Shown here: one piece after another, positions 9,534 through 18,850 of the stretch
Layout: every line of letters begins with the position of its first letter
Position numbering within the stretch: position 1 is the stretch's first letter
Sequence record: KX130862
Origin: Shigella phage SHFML-26
Strand: one strand, 5' to 3'
Length of the DNA: 64,000 nt
The notes under the pieces: model-generated
What the model saw: the letters and a program-made list of their open reading frames with translations, nothing else
What the model was told of the DNA's origin: nothing
Database searches by the model: none
Position numbers and translations under genes: made by a program

Positions 9534-9816
9534 GAGAAATAATTCCTTGATAAGCCCAGTATGGCGGGTTAACAGAATCCTCACCAGAGTTTTCTTCAGG
9601 AAAATAAACCTGGATAACGAAGCCGGATTCATCAAAGGTGAAATAAGTAGTAGGCAGTTCACCTAACAAATCGGCACGAGCGTTGATTTCTTCGAGGTCT
9701 TGTTCACGTCCAGCCCAGAAGCTTGGGTTCAGACTACATTCATAGAAATAATAGTCATTACCGAACATATCAAAACCATTCCAACTCTCTACTACATACC
9801 GCTCAAAACTAATCAT
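9505..9816 (-). CDS. hypothetical protein
   Basis: 103-aa ATG-initiated ORF. Confidence 0.5.
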   Translation of the reverse strand: MISFERYVVESWNGFDMFGNDYYFYECSLNPSFWAGREQDLEEINARADLLGELPTTYFTFDESGFVIQVYFPEENSGEDSVNPPYWAYQGIISRGTKLELKE

Positions 9817-9818
9817 AA

Positions 9819-10034
9819 TTAAGCCTTTTTATCAAGAACAGCATTCAGCTTGTTAGTAATTTTATCCAGACGCTCATTAAACTCACTAGAAGATAAGCCC
9901 TTTTCTGGAGAAATTAAACTAATCACGAAAAATATAGCAATAAAAGGAATAAGGAAAATAGCTCCAACTGCCATAAACAGAAAGAATGTTACAGTTGTAA
10001 GAAAATCAGCTAAACCTTTACGAAATTTATACAT
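9819..10034 (-). CDS. small membrane protein
   Basis: 71 aa with a central hydrophobic helix (VTFFLFMAVGAIFLIPFIAIFFVISLI). Confidence 0.5.
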   Translation of the reverse strand: MYKFRKGLADFLTTVTFFLFMAVGAIFLIPFIAIFFVISLISPEKGLSSSEFNERLDKITNKLNAVLDKKA

Positions 10035-10149
10035 ATTTTACCCTTAATTAATTAACCAAGCATTGATAAGCACTAAACTATATTGGGAATAAAATTCTGG
10101 ACCAAAATGAAAAATCATATCATTTATAGTATCCATAATGTAATTCAGT

Positions 10150-10620
10150 TTAATCATGTTTCCACACCCCATCGGTATTTGACCAAAGTCGCTGATTATC
10201 TGATCCTCGCCACAGCTTTTTAGTCGGAAGATTTTTCTCATACTTCCCATCAATAATAACATCAACATATTTAAGCATTTCTAGCTGTTTAATATCTTCA
10301 AACTTATATCCTGTCCACAACCAAATGCTTTTATTGGGATAAAGATTTTTAATAGTTTGAACCACAGAGTGAATCACGTCTCTGTTATCAGGATAAAGAG
10401 GGTCTCCTCCAGTTATAGTTAATCCTTCTATATAATCATTATTCAAACATTCAATCAATTGTTCTAGTGTTTCACCGGTGAATGGAATACCATTTCTAGC
10501 ATTCCATGTTGATTTATTATAACACCCTTCACATTTATGCAAACAACCTGTAACGAAAAGAACAGTTCTGCAACCAGGGCCATTCACAAAGCAGCACGGG
10601 TATATTCTGTCATAATTCAT
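10150..10620 (-). CDS. nrdG: anaerobic ribonucleotide reductase activating protein NrdG (radical SAM)
   Basis: CxxxCxxC radical-SAM motif (CLHKCEGC); starting at MNYDRIYP gives 156 aa as in T4 NrdG; track ORF starts at an upstream TTG. Confidence 0.9.
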   Translation of the reverse strand: MNYDRIYPCCFVNGPGCRTVLFVTGCLHKCEGCYNKSTWNARNGIPFTGETLEQLIECLNNDYIEGLTITGGDPLYPDNRDVIHSVVQTIKNLYPNKSIWLWTGYKFEDIKQLEMLKYVDVIIDGKYEKNLPTKKLWRGSDNQRLWSNTDGVWKHD

Positions 10621-11447
10621 AATAATATCCAATTTTTCCAAGCTTCATCAGTAGAATTACAGCGTTTTAGTATAAGATGTCTAGAAACTTTTATGGCATT
10701 TGAGCACTTTTTAATTGAATCATATTTAATACCGTCAACTGAAACGGTTTTGCTAGTTGGAGAAATTTTTCCATACATTGGATTTTTTGAACCAACTTGA
10801 AGTCCTTTTAAAGCTTTTGAAAGCTTTTGTCTAGATTCCAATGACATGGGAGAATTCTTTTTACCTTCAATAATTCGCTTGCGATGAAGTTCGCGTTCTT
10901 CTTCACTCAAAGAATTGTAATATTTTTTAACACCGTTTGATATAGATAATTTATCTTTCTCAGACCGCTCTCCAGCTAATTTACTTCTAACATCTTTTCG
11001 CTTCATAGCTATGCTTACGGCTTTATTTAAATTTGCTTGATGCTCTGGCGTACGTTTATATTTCTTTAAAGCACGTGAAATAGCTATTTTAGTTTCTTCT
11101 GTTCTCTTTTTACCTTTATTTGCTAAACTATTTTTGTGGCGATGTTCAAGTGTCTGTTCATAGGCAGTTCCACCTTTTCCACCAGGTTTAATATTATATG
11201 TATTTTCTTTTAGACAATACTCTTCAGTTACAAGTTCAGCTTCTTTATCATACATTTGCTTTTCATTATCAAAAACATATAAAATTTCTTTATAAAAATT
11301 TTTTCTACCATATTTTAATAAAGCAGCACGAATCAATGTTCCTGATCCCATATAACCGTCATTTATATTATCGGTGCTATGCGCACCGATATATTCCTTT
11401 GAATTAATTATATTTGTTATTTTATAAATTATATAATACCTATGCAT
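10617..11447 (-). CDS. GIY-YIG homing endonuclease (Seg-like)
   Basis: 276 aa; N-terminal GIY-YIG module (YYIIYKITN...EYIGAHST...GYMGSG); C-terminal NUMOD-like DNA-binding repeats; overlaps the nrdD stop and the nrdG start. Confidence 0.85.
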   Translation of the reverse strand: MHRYYIIYKITNIINSKEYIGAHSTDNINDGYMGSGTLIRAALLKYGRKNFYKEILYVFDNEKQMYDKEAELVTEEYCLKENTYNIKPGGKGGTAYEQTLEHRHKNSLANKGKKRTEETKIAISRALKKYKRTPEHQANLNKAVSIAMKRKDVRSKLAGERSEKDKLSISNGVKKYYNSLSEEERELHRKRIIEGKKNSPMSLESRQKLSKALKGLQVGSKNPMYGKISPTSKTVSVDGIKYDSIKKCSNAIKVSRHLILKRCNSTDEAWKNWILL

Positions 11448-13257
11448 GTTTTACTCGTTTTACCATTTCTTTCATTTTACCTAAATTCCATGGAACAACG
11501 CTAGGAGTTCCAAGATATCCGCATGTTCTTCTTATTGTATTCATCTTTTTAGGATCAGTTTCTCCACAAATAGAACAAACAAATCCGTTTTCAGTAGGAG
11601 TCATTTCATGGGTACTTCCGCATGTAAAACACTTATCTACTGGCATGTTAACACCAAAATAATCTAAATGTTGTACAGCATAATCCCATACAGCCTCAAG
11701 ACCTTTTAGGTTATTTTTCATATCAGGAAGTTCAACATAAGAAATGTGACCACCTGTCGCAATGAAATGATATGGCGCTTCACGAGAAATTTTTTCAAAC
11801 GGAGTAATATTTTCTTCTACTGAAACGTGGAAACTATTAGTGTACCAGCCTTTATCGGTAACATCTTTTACACTTCCATATTTTTCTGTATCAAGTTTAC
11901 AGAAGCGATAACAAAGGTTTTCAGCAGGAGTCGAATATAAACTAAAAGCAAATCCAGTTCTTTCAGTCCACTGTTTAAGATGAGCATTCATTTTAGTTAA
12001 AATTTCTTGTCCAATATCACGACCGACAAGAATATTCAATTCGTGAATACCAATGTATCCTAGGGACACTGAACTTCTACCATTTTTAAATAACTCAATT
12101 ATATCGTCATCAGGTTTAAGACGAACCCCGAATGCACCTTCTTGGTAAAGAATAGGAGCAACAGTCGCTTTAACTCCTTTTAAGGAACTAATTCTACACA
12201 TCAAAGCTTCAAAACATAAATCCATTCGTTCATTGAATAATTCAACAAATTTCTGTTCATTGAACTGTGTTCCAATATAAGAATCTAACGCGATGCGAGG
12301 AAGATTCAGTGTTACAACACCAAGATTATTACGTCCATCAAGAATTTCATTACCAGTCGAATCTTTCCATACGCTCAAGAAACTACGGCAACCCATTGGA
12401 GAAACAGGAATAGATGAACCAGTGATAGCTTTATTGTTCTTAGCTGAAATAATATCAGGATACATTCTTTTGCTTGCACACTCTAGAGCAAGCTGCTTAA
12501 TATCATAGTTCGGATCGTCTTTATAAAGATTAACACCTTCTTCAACAAACATAACAAGCTTAGGGAAAATAGGAGTTATCCCATCACGACCAAGACCTTT
12601 AATACGATTTTTCAGAATTGCTTTCTGAATCATTCGTTCAGTCCAGTCAGTTCCTGTACCAAATGTAATTGTTACAAAAGGAGTCTGTCCGTTTGAACTA
12701 AAGAGAGTATTTACTTCATATTCATAAGCTTGGAATGCATCGTATACGTCTTTTTCTGTTTTAGATTGAGCATAATTTAACGCATCAGCGATTTGCCATT
12801 TTTCTGCATCCTCAATATGTTTTGCATAGGTGCGTTTAACATAAGGAGAAAGTACTTTATCTACATTAGCAAAAGTCGTTCCGCCGTATTGGTGAGAAGC
12901 AACCTGTGCAGTAATTTGTGCCATAATTGCAGTAGCAACGCCAATTGATTTAGGAGTTTCAATCTGCGCATTACCTAGCTTAAATCCGTTCTCAAGCATT
13001 CCTTTTAAATCTACTAAACAGCAATTAGTAAATGGAAGAGCAGGGGAATAATCAATATCGTGGAAATGAATAATTCCGCTTTCATGCGCTTTCATAATAA
13101 AAGACGGGACCATATTTTTGGCAATGTGTTTAGACACAATACCAGCCATAAGGTCCCGTTGAGTTGGAAAAACACGAGAATCTTTATTAGCATTCTCGTT
13201 TAAAAGGTCTTTATTAGTTTTATGAATCAATCCTTCAATTTCTTTTTCAATTGTCAT
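11440..13257 (-). CDS. nrdD: anaerobic ribonucleoside-triphosphate reductase NrdD
   Basis: 605 aa continuous ORF; C-terminal glycyl-radical region and Cys-rich zinc site (CFTCGS...CSICGE); no intron interruption. Confidence 0.95.
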   Translation of the reverse strand: MTIEKEIEGLIHKTNKDLLNENANKDSRVFPTQRDLMAGIVSKHIAKNMVPSFIMKAHESGIIHFHDIDYSPALPFTNCCLVDLKGMLENGFKLGNAQIETPKSIGVATAIMAQITAQVASHQYGGTTFANVDKVLSPYVKRTYAKHIEDAEKWQIADALNYAQSKTEKDVYDAFQAYEYEVNTLFSSNGQTPFVTITFGTGTDWTERMIQKAILKNRIKGLGRDGITPIFPKLVMFVEEGVNLYKDDPNYDIKQLALECASKRMYPDIISAKNNKAITGSSIPVSPMGCRSFLSVWKDSTGNEILDGRNNLGVVTLNLPRIALDSYIGTQFNEQKFVELFNERMDLCFEALMCRISSLKGVKATVAPILYQEGAFGVRLKPDDDIIELFKNGRSSVSLGYIGIHELNILVGRDIGQEILTKMNAHLKQWTERTGFAFSLYSTPAENLCYRFCKLDTEKYGSVKDVTDKGWYTNSFHVSVEENITPFEKISREAPYHFIATGGHISYVELPDMKNNLKGLEAVWDYAVQHLDYFGVNMPVDKCFTCGSTHEMTPTENGFVCSICGETDPKKMNTIRRTCGYLGTPSVVPWNLGKMKEMVKRVKHA

Positions 13258-13727
13258 TTTAAACTCTTTCTAAGCTGCTTCTTAAATGAAGCTATTAACT
13301 GTGTTTTGGTGTCAGATTCATTATATTCAAATCCTCTTTGAAGCATCTCGGCCATCATTTCCTCTTTTCCTAAACGAGAAAATTCCTTTGATTTATCTCC
13401 AACAAAGTTAGGGTGAATATTATTTTGGGTGTAATCGGATTTTAAATAAGTAAGTAAATTTTCTAACCATTCAAGATAATCAACACCTTGACCCTTTAAG
13501 CCAGAACGATTAAATTTGTGCTTCATTTGACCTTCTGCAGCATTGCAGAGATTACAAAGCAATCCACGTACCTTTCCTGCTTTTGGTCCATTTAATTCAT
13601 GGTCATGATCGAGGTGATTAGATTGAACATCAGGATTTAATTCTCGTTGGCAAATTAAGCATTTACCGTTTTGTGCATCATAAAATTTCTGTTTTTCTTC
13701 TTTGTATAATTTGCCAGTCAATAACAT
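13254..13727 (-). CDS. 49: endonuclease VII (Holliday junction resolvase)
   Basis: 157 aa; N-terminus MLLTGKLYKEEKQKFYDAQNGKCLICQREL with the zinc-binding Cys cluster; length equals T4 gp49. Confidence 0.95.
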   Translation of the reverse strand: MLLTGKLYKEEKQKFYDAQNGKCLICQRELNPDVQSNHLDHDHELNGPKAGKVRGLLCNLCNAAEGQMKHKFNRSGLKGQGVDYLEWLENLLTYLKSDYTQNNIHPNFVGDKSKEFSRLGKEEMMAEMLQRGFEYNESDTKTQLIASFKKQLRKSLK

Positions 13728-13767
13728 AATAAAACCCTTACCTTAAATAGATAAGGGTATTTATTAT

Positions 13768-13816
13768 TTAAGTATTGTAAAACATTCGATGCAATCGTTT
13801 ATACTGTCGAATCATC
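13768..13816 (-). repeat. direct repeat copy 1 of the pin 3' end (about 48 bp)
   Basis: aagtattgtaaaacattcgatgcaatcgtttatactgtcgaatcatc versus aagtattataaaacatttgatgcaatcgcttatattgccgaatcatt at about 13983-14030; a second shorter repeat (cagaaaaagaattttg) near 13957 and 14037. Confidence 0.6.
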
Positions 13817-13944
13817 TTTTTAGTAGGACGAGAATAGGTTCCTACGCAAGTGGTCATATGAGGGTCCGTAGAATGTCCTTTAATAAAAAGTTTCCAAACC
13901 TTACCGCCATTTAACTTTTCAGTATAAACCAATTCGGTTTTCAT
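13768..13944 (-). CDS. small ORF (58 aa) sharing its last 15 residues with Pin
   Basis: ATG-initiated minus ORF MKTELVYTEKLNGG...MIRQYKRLHRMFYNT; the C-terminus is encoded by a direct repeat of the pin 3' end; below the track cutoff. Confidence 0.3.
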   Translation of the reverse strand: MKTELVYTEKLNGGKVWKLFIKGHSTDPHMTTCVGTYSRPTKKMIRQYKRLHRMFYNT

Positions 13945-13980
13945 TAAAATGCCTTGTCAGAAAAAGAATTTTGAGTTTTT

Positions 13981-14466
13981 TCAAGTATTATAAAACATTT
14001 GATGCAATCGCTTATATTGCCGAATCATTTGGTCAGAAAAAGAATTTTGTGTTTCAAGCCATTCAATGTACTCTGCGGCAGCTTGCATTAAATTTCCTTC
14101 ATAACCATCAATATCTTTTTTCAATGCCACTTTAGCTAATGCATATGAAATACGTTCACCTTGAAAAGCGGCTTTAGGCTTCTGAGCATCTTGGCTAGTT
14201 CTCTCTACAACTTCTTCAATTTCGCCATTTTCAACGGATTCAGTATTCCACAAGCACCAATACGTAATTGGCTTATCATAGATGTTAATAATCTTTCCGT
14301 CGGAAAGTTCAATTTCAATAATTCCAGTATCAGGCTCTATATCATCTTCACATTCTTTTGTAAGTTCACGAACTTTAAAGACAGTACCTGCACTAAGTTC
14401 CGGCCAGTAATTACATAGCCCTGTATCAACACGATTAATTCTAAACCACTTATCTACTGTAATCAT
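13981..14466 (-). CDS. pin: Pin, inhibitor of host Lon protease
   Basis: Track ORF 13981..14484 begins at TTG; the ATG at MITVDKWFRINRV gives 161 aa as in T4 Pin; positioned next to gene 49. Confidence 0.7.
   Translation of the reverse strand: MITVDKWFRINRVDTGLCNYWPELSAGTVFKVRELTKECEDDIEPDTGIIEIELSDGKIINIYDKPITYWCLWNTESVENGEIEEVVERTSQDAQKPKAAFQGERISYALAKVALKKDIDGYEGNLMQAAAEYIEWLETQNSFSDQMIRQYKRLHQMFYNT
13983..14055 (-). repeat. direct repeat copy 2 (3' end of pin)
   Basis: See copy 1. Confidence 0.6.
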
Positions 14467-14617
14467 GTCCCATCTCCATATCAATTAAGTCATTTATCGT
14501 TGGTTCATTATATACTGTTTCTTCATCAGTGTAAACCGGTTCTTCCGGCTCTGGCTCTACAGTTTCCCATCTAGCCGCCCACCAGGGTTTAACCCCGAAG
14601 CTTATTAAGTTCTTCAT
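14450..14617 (-). CDS. small ORF (about 55 aa)
   Basis: ATG-initiated minus ORF MKNLISFGVKPWW... filling the gap upstream of pin; below the track cutoff. Confidence 0.25.
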   Translation of the reverse strand: MKNLISFGVKPWWAARWETVEPEPEEPVYTDEETVYNEPTINDLIDMEMGHDYSR

Positions 14618-14759
14618 AATCAATCCAGGATTCTAGTCCTGATGGCAAATCAGATTCAATTTCCCAAAGAAGCTCTTCAATTTTCTGAAGACGATCTAGT
14701 TCTTCAGCTGGAATAGTAACCATTGATGGAGTTCTTGATACACTAATATCGTAAATCAT
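14589..14759 (-). CDS. small hypothetical protein
   Basis: Track ORF 14589..14798 starts at GTG; the internal ATG (MIYDISV...) abuts the upstream stop. Confidence 0.4.
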   Translation of the reverse strand: MIYDISVSRTPSMVTIPAEELDRLQKIEELLWEIESDLPSGLESWIDYEELNKLRG

Positions 14760-14761
14760 AT

Positions 14762-14977
14762 TTACCCCAGTTTGACCATGCAATCGCCGTATTTCCACTT
14801 AGAAATAGACTTTTCGCCATTAGAATAATAAACTTCGAGTTTAGCACGGTTATTTTTAATTTGAATAACCTTGGCTGTCATTAAAGTTCCATACCCATAG
14901 TAAACTGCAACTTCATCACCTACATATACCGCGCTTCCGCGGTAATCATGGATATAATCAGTTCCTTCGAGCATCAT
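14762..14977 (-). CDS. hypothetical protein
   Basis: 71-aa ORF; ATG overlaps the nrdC stop (ATGA). Confidence 0.5.
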   Translation of the reverse strand: MMLEGTDYIHDYRGSAVYVGDEVAVYYGYGTLMTAKVIQIKNNRAKLEVYYSNGEKSISKWKYGDCMVKLG

Positions 14978-15237
14978 TTAAAGTATTCCCGCAATTGGTC
15001 AAATCCACCAATATGACTTCCATCAGGAGCAAATACCTGAGGCATTGTTAAGCCGATTTGAGTATCACGACCTAGTTTAGTCAGAAGCTCAGCGATTTTC
15101 TCATCATCAAAAACACCTTTTTCCGGCATAATGTTGATAAATTCAAACGGCTGTTTCTTCACGGTCAAAAGACGTTTTGCATTATCGCAATACACGCATT
15201 TGTGGATGTTGCTATCATAACCATATACTTTAAACAT
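14974..15237 (-). CDS. nrdC: glutaredoxin (phage thioredoxin) NrdC
   Basis: 87 aa; MFKVYGYDSNIHKCVYCDNAKRLL with CVYC active site; matches T4 NrdC. Confidence 0.9.
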   Translation of the reverse strand: MFKVYGYDSNIHKCVYCDNAKRLLTVKKQPFEFINIMPEKGVFDDEKIAELLTKLGRDTQIGLTMPQVFAPDGSHIGGFDQLREYFK

Positions 15238-15238
15238 A

Positions 15239-15481
15239 TTATTCCTTAATTCCTAATACTTGTTTAAAAGTCTCGTCGTAATCAAGACTTTGGCCTGTTT
15301 GTTCTTTATGTTTGTATATAATATCACTTACTTCTGATAGCATATTTTTATATGAACGAGTTAAAGCAGATTTAAGCACGCTGTATCTATCAGGAAATTT
15401 ACCGTGTTCATTATAATAAGCTATTGCTAATTCACGGACTGCCTTTTCAGCAGCCTCCATATATTCTTTACGCTTTGTCAT
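15239..15481 (-). CDS. hypothetical protein
   Basis: Track ORF 15239..15622 trimmed to the internal ATG ([15 protein letters not shown]...). Confidence 0.45.
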   Translation of the reverse strand: MTKRKEYMEAAEKAVRELAIAYYNEHGKFPDRYSVLKSALTRSYKNMLSEVSDIIYKHKEQTGQSLDYDETFKQVLGIKE

Positions 15482-15782
15482 TTTCTTCTCGGTCAAATCG
15501 GTGTTTACAATGGCGACATTTATAACGAAGATTACTAGTCTGCCAATGGACCAATTGCACCTGTTCAGTTCCACATTCAGGGCAATTAGGAACGTTTTTA
15601 GAAGCACGTTCGCGGCGTTCAACCATGACCATTACAGAATCCCAATTAATAGGGCTGCTATAATCATCACAACCATGAATCTTTCCACGCATTTCCAAAT
15701 CGTCTTCTTCACCGGCCATAATAATTTTAATTAAACTGGAATTACTTGAAGCTGCAATGTCTTCTAATAGACGCTTTTTCAT
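15468..15782 (-). CDS. zinc-ribbon protein
   Basis: 104 aa; CPEC...CRHC four-Cys motif near the C-terminus. Confidence 0.55.
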   Translation of the reverse strand: MKKRLLEDIAASSNSSLIKIIMAGEEDDLEMRGKIHGCDDYSSPINWDSVMVMVERRERASKNVPNCPECGTEQVQLVHWQTSNLRYKCRHCKHRFDREENDKA

Positions 15783-16708
15783 TTCAATACCTCAATAGCA
15801 TTACGTAAACCATTTGCTTTTGCATTAAGAGCTTTTAACAATTTGGTGTGTTCTGCAATTTGGGCTTCAACTTCAATCAAACGAGCATTGAGATATTCGC
15901 GTTCTTCACTCAGATTATCAGCCTTTTCTGCTTTAGGTTCTTTTACAACTTGCTTATATGTATTAGGGTTCTTCAGTTTAATTAGAATGCGTGAACTGTA
16001 CAGCATTGAACCATTATCTTCGGTTTCGTCATACATTTCCACTACGTCCATCATCTCCACCATCGTGCAGAGTTTATAAGACAACGAACGAATAATTTTG
16101 TTGTGCTTATTAATTTCTCTAGCTGTCATGGTGCCGAGATTACGTGAGTAATAATAAGGAACCTGGATATTAATTAATACTGATGAACCACCTGGCTTGT
16201 GTGTTACTTCATCAGCAATAACCCAATCCTTAACATGAACTGTATTTGTACGGTCATCGCCCGCGGTAAATAGTTTACGAGCATGCTTAAAAAGCATATT
16301 CACTTGGTCATTGAATTGACAAGCGAATTTATCAGCAAATTTAGTTTCGGGAATGGTAGATAACCAATCAGCCAAATGGGTCCTTTTAACATCGTTAACA
16401 ATAGTAAATTCAACCAAATCGGTTATAGATGTCTCAGATTTAATGAAGCTCGGCTTCATAAAGTTTTTAATGTTATCACTAGCTACAGTAGAAGATAACA
16501 GACGAGAACGTTTAAACCATTGAAGCAAATTGCCTAACGAATGAGAATAAGCGTTCTGAGTATCTTTACAGATATGATTTTCCTGGCCAACATATTGAAG
16601 GAAATCACGAAGAATATTATTGATTACTGCCCTGTGTCCTATCTGATAATTACGATGTTTAGTAATAAGACTGTCAAAATAATCAATATAATGTTTACGA
16701 GTTTTCAT
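15779..16708 (-). CDS. hypothetical protein with C-terminal coiled-coil
   Basis: 309 aa; last 40 residues are a heptad-repeat helix; first of four similar tandem genes. Confidence 0.6.
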   Translation of the reverse strand: MKTRKHYIDYFDSLITKHRNYQIGHRAVINNILRDFLQYVGQENHICKDTQNAYSHSLGNLLQWFKRSRLLSSTVASDNIKNFMKPSFIKSETSITDLVEFTIVNDVKRTHLADWLSTIPETKFADKFACQFNDQVNMLFKHARKLFTAGDDRTNTVHVKDWVIADEVTHKPGGSSVLINIQVPYYYSRNLGTMTAREINKHNKIIRSLSYKLCTMVEMMDVVEMYDETEDNGSMLYSSRILIKLKNPNTYKQVVKEPKAEKADNLSEEREYLNARLIEVEAQIAEHTKLLKALNAKANGLRNAIEVLK

Positions 16709-16760
16709 GTTCTTCTCACTTTGTTAATGGTTTATACTCCGAGCCATCCTTGGCTTTAAA

Positions 16761-17762
16761 TTACTTAATTAACTGTAAAGCTTGTTCAAGACGATCCAGG
16801 CGATTAACAGATTCTTCCCAAATCCTTTTAGCCTGCTCATATTCTTTCTGTGCTTTATTAGAAATTTCTAGAACTTCTTTATAAGCTTTTTCTAGTGCAA
16901 TAACTTCTGGACGAATTTCTATCGGTTCAGGTGAATCGTCAAGACATTCCATTAGTTCCTCAAGGGTAGTTTCTTCTTTAGGAGTATTCACAATTTCATC
17001 ACATTTTTGTTGGTAAATTTCTTTATCAGTCGGTGAGTACGCGCACTTTACTTCACGAAGACTAACTACAATTTTATATCCTTCCCAACCACCCATATTT
17101 TTGAAAGGATATGTATGAATACTTTTTACAGTTTCCATACAATCCAAAGCCGTCTCTAATTGATGAGTTATAGTGCTAGCAATTGAGAAAAATTTATTAA
17201 TATTCTTTTGGTTAGCTTCTGGTGTAAAAAATTCGTAATTCACAAAAATAGCTACTTTATTTTTATCAAGCTCATATTCTTTTACGATAATCATATCAGA
17301 AGCCAAAGGATGAATTTGACGATAATCGCCATAACATAATTTAGAAGCTGATTTTAGAATTTGTCCTTTAAAAAGTCTGAAATTACTAATCCAACGACGA
17401 GTAAAAATATTCTTAGGGTCTTCTTTGATATTAAGATGATAAGAATTAACATCACCGAACCAATTGTATCCTATTACACCTTTAGTTCGTTTAATTTCTT
17501 TCCCAAAATTATCAAGAATATCCCGATTAACCAAATATGAAAGAAGACGAGACCCTTTAAAGGTTTTCTTGATAACATCTTTATCTACACGGCTAGAAAT
17601 TTTACGAATTTCATGAATAAATTTAGTAGAAGAAACAATACTTGCATCAATACTACTGAGCCATTGATTGATAATAGAAAGAACAGCGTTCTGACTAGAC
17701 ATGGGTTTAACTTTATCATCAATAACCCTATTGAATGATTTGATATATTCGTTACGAGTCAT
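16761..17762 (-). CDS. hypothetical protein with C-terminal coiled-coil
   Basis: Track ORF 16761..17792; the first ATG sits inside the promoter -10 element, so the ATG at MTRNEYIKSF with a GAGGAG SD is preferred. Confidence 0.6.
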   Translation of the reverse strand: MTRNEYIKSFNRVIDDKVKPMSSQNAVLSIINQWLSSIDASIVSSTKFIHEIRKISSRVDKDVIKKTFKGSRLLSYLVNRDILDNFGKEIKRTKGVIGYNWFGDVNSYHLNIKEDPKNIFTRRWISNFRLFKGQILKSASKLCYGDYRQIHPLASDMIIVKEYELDKNKVAIFVNYEFFTPEANQKNINKFFSIASTITHQLETALDCMETVKSIHTYPFKNMGGWEGYKIVVSLREVKCAYSPTDKEIYQQKCDEIVNTPKEETTLEELMECLDDSPEPIEIRPEVIALEKAYKEVLEISNKAQKEYEQAKRIWEESVNRLDRLEQALQLIK

Positions 17763-17790
17763 ATTAATCTCCTCAGTAGAAAGTAAGAAC

Positions 17791-17820
17791 ATTATACCAC
17801 ATCCTTGTGGAAAAGTAAAC
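17791..17820 (-). promoter_or_regulatory. T4-type early promoter (GTTTAC -35, TATAAT -10)
   Basis: Minus strand GTTTACttttccacaaggatgtggTATAAT upstream of the 16761..17762 gene. Confidence 0.55.
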
Positions 17821-18842
17821 TAGTTCAGTGCATTTAGTGCATTGTTCAGTTTAGAACGTTGCTTCGTAAGATTTTTGACTTTTTCTTGAGCTTTTTCCAG
17901 CATCTTTTCAGCTTCTAACACTTCATTAGTTGCTTTAACAAGTTCATCATCTACTGCCTTGATAGACTTCTCAATCGCATCCGCGTGCCATTTTTCAACA
18001 GGTTTAAGACTCGGATTTTCAACAGGAAGAAAATTCACTTTATTAAATTTCCATGCGTCTTTATTACCTGAGCTATACATCCAAAATTTAGGATCGTTTG
18101 ATGAGCAATTAGATAAATTTAAGTTATCTTGCACTTCCTGCTTTTTCTCTTGCGGGACTTCGTCCTTTCTCAAAAAATCGTATTTAAATGAAACGATCAT
18201 ATCAAGTTCATATGTTGTTGTATGTTCCCAATTTCGCTCAAAACGAGGTAAAATCTTAGATTGAACAGCAGCAACAACATCCATATACTTAAATGCTTCT
18301 GTCAGCTGTGATTTAAGACATTCACAAATTGAAAGAGAATTTTTAGTATTAGGCTTAAAGCTAATTCGTGCAGTTCTATTATTTTCTTTTAATGGTCTTA
18401 CTTCCATCTGAAGAGTATAACCATCAAATTTCAGATTCTTTAAGTTAATATCAGAGCCTTTTAATCGACTAGCAGTAGACAAAATTTGCTTTAATTGTCT
18501 ACGGAACAGAGCAATAAATCTCCATTCAATACGATAATGATTTGGATTGAAAAATCCAGATGATAAATCGACCTTACTTTGACCAACGCCTTGAACAATC
18601 AAAGGATTTTTATAATCAATAGTTTTACAGAAATCGGTGAGCTGTTCACGAGCAGTCATTTGCGTAATATACCCTGCTTTACTAAAATTACGCACCCATT
18701 CGCTGCTATTCAGATATTTAAAGTGATGAATAGCACGATTAACTTTATCAGGGTCTAAATTATTTTCACACAAAAATGTCATAACATCACGAGTATAGCT
18801 GGCATTACGAACCATATCTTCAATTTGAGAACGAGTTTTCAT
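17820..18842 (-). CDS. hypothetical protein with C-terminal coiled-coil
   Basis: 340 aa; C-terminal helix ...VLEAEKMLEKAQEKVKNLTKQRSKLNNALNALN. Confidence 0.6.
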   Translation of the reverse strand: MKTRSQIEDMVRNASYTRDVMTFLCENNLDPDKVNRAIHHFKYLNSSEWVRNFSKAGYITQMTAREQLTDFCKTIDYKNPLIVQGVGQSKVDLSSGFFNPNHYRIEWRFIALFRRQLKQILSTASRLKGSDINLKNLKFDGYTLQMEVRPLKENNRTARISFKPNTKNSLSICECLKSQLTEAFKYMDVVAAVQSKILPRFERNWEHTTTYELDMIVSFKYDFLRKDEVPQEKKQEVQDNLNLSNCSSNDPKFWMYSSGNKDAWKFNKVNFLPVENPSLKPVEKWHADAIEKSIKAVDDELVKATNEVLEAEKMLEKAQEKVKNLTKQRSKLNNALNALN

Positions 18843-18850
18843 AGTGTTCC

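Noticed and set aside
9505-9662. Full 150-aa nrdH ORF as given in the track (9210..9662)
   Set aside because: The N-terminal 43 codons overlap the upstream gene and begin at a GTG; the glutaredoxin fold starts at KIEIYG, so I used a shorter gene, but the exact start remains uncertain.
10044-10268. Minus ORF 10044..10268 (74 aa)
   Set aside because: Overlaps the 3' part of nrdG out of frame.
11440-13257. Group I intron or intron-encoded endonuclease inside nrdD
   Set aside because: nrdD is a continuous 605-codon ORF with no interruption, so no intron is present in this window.
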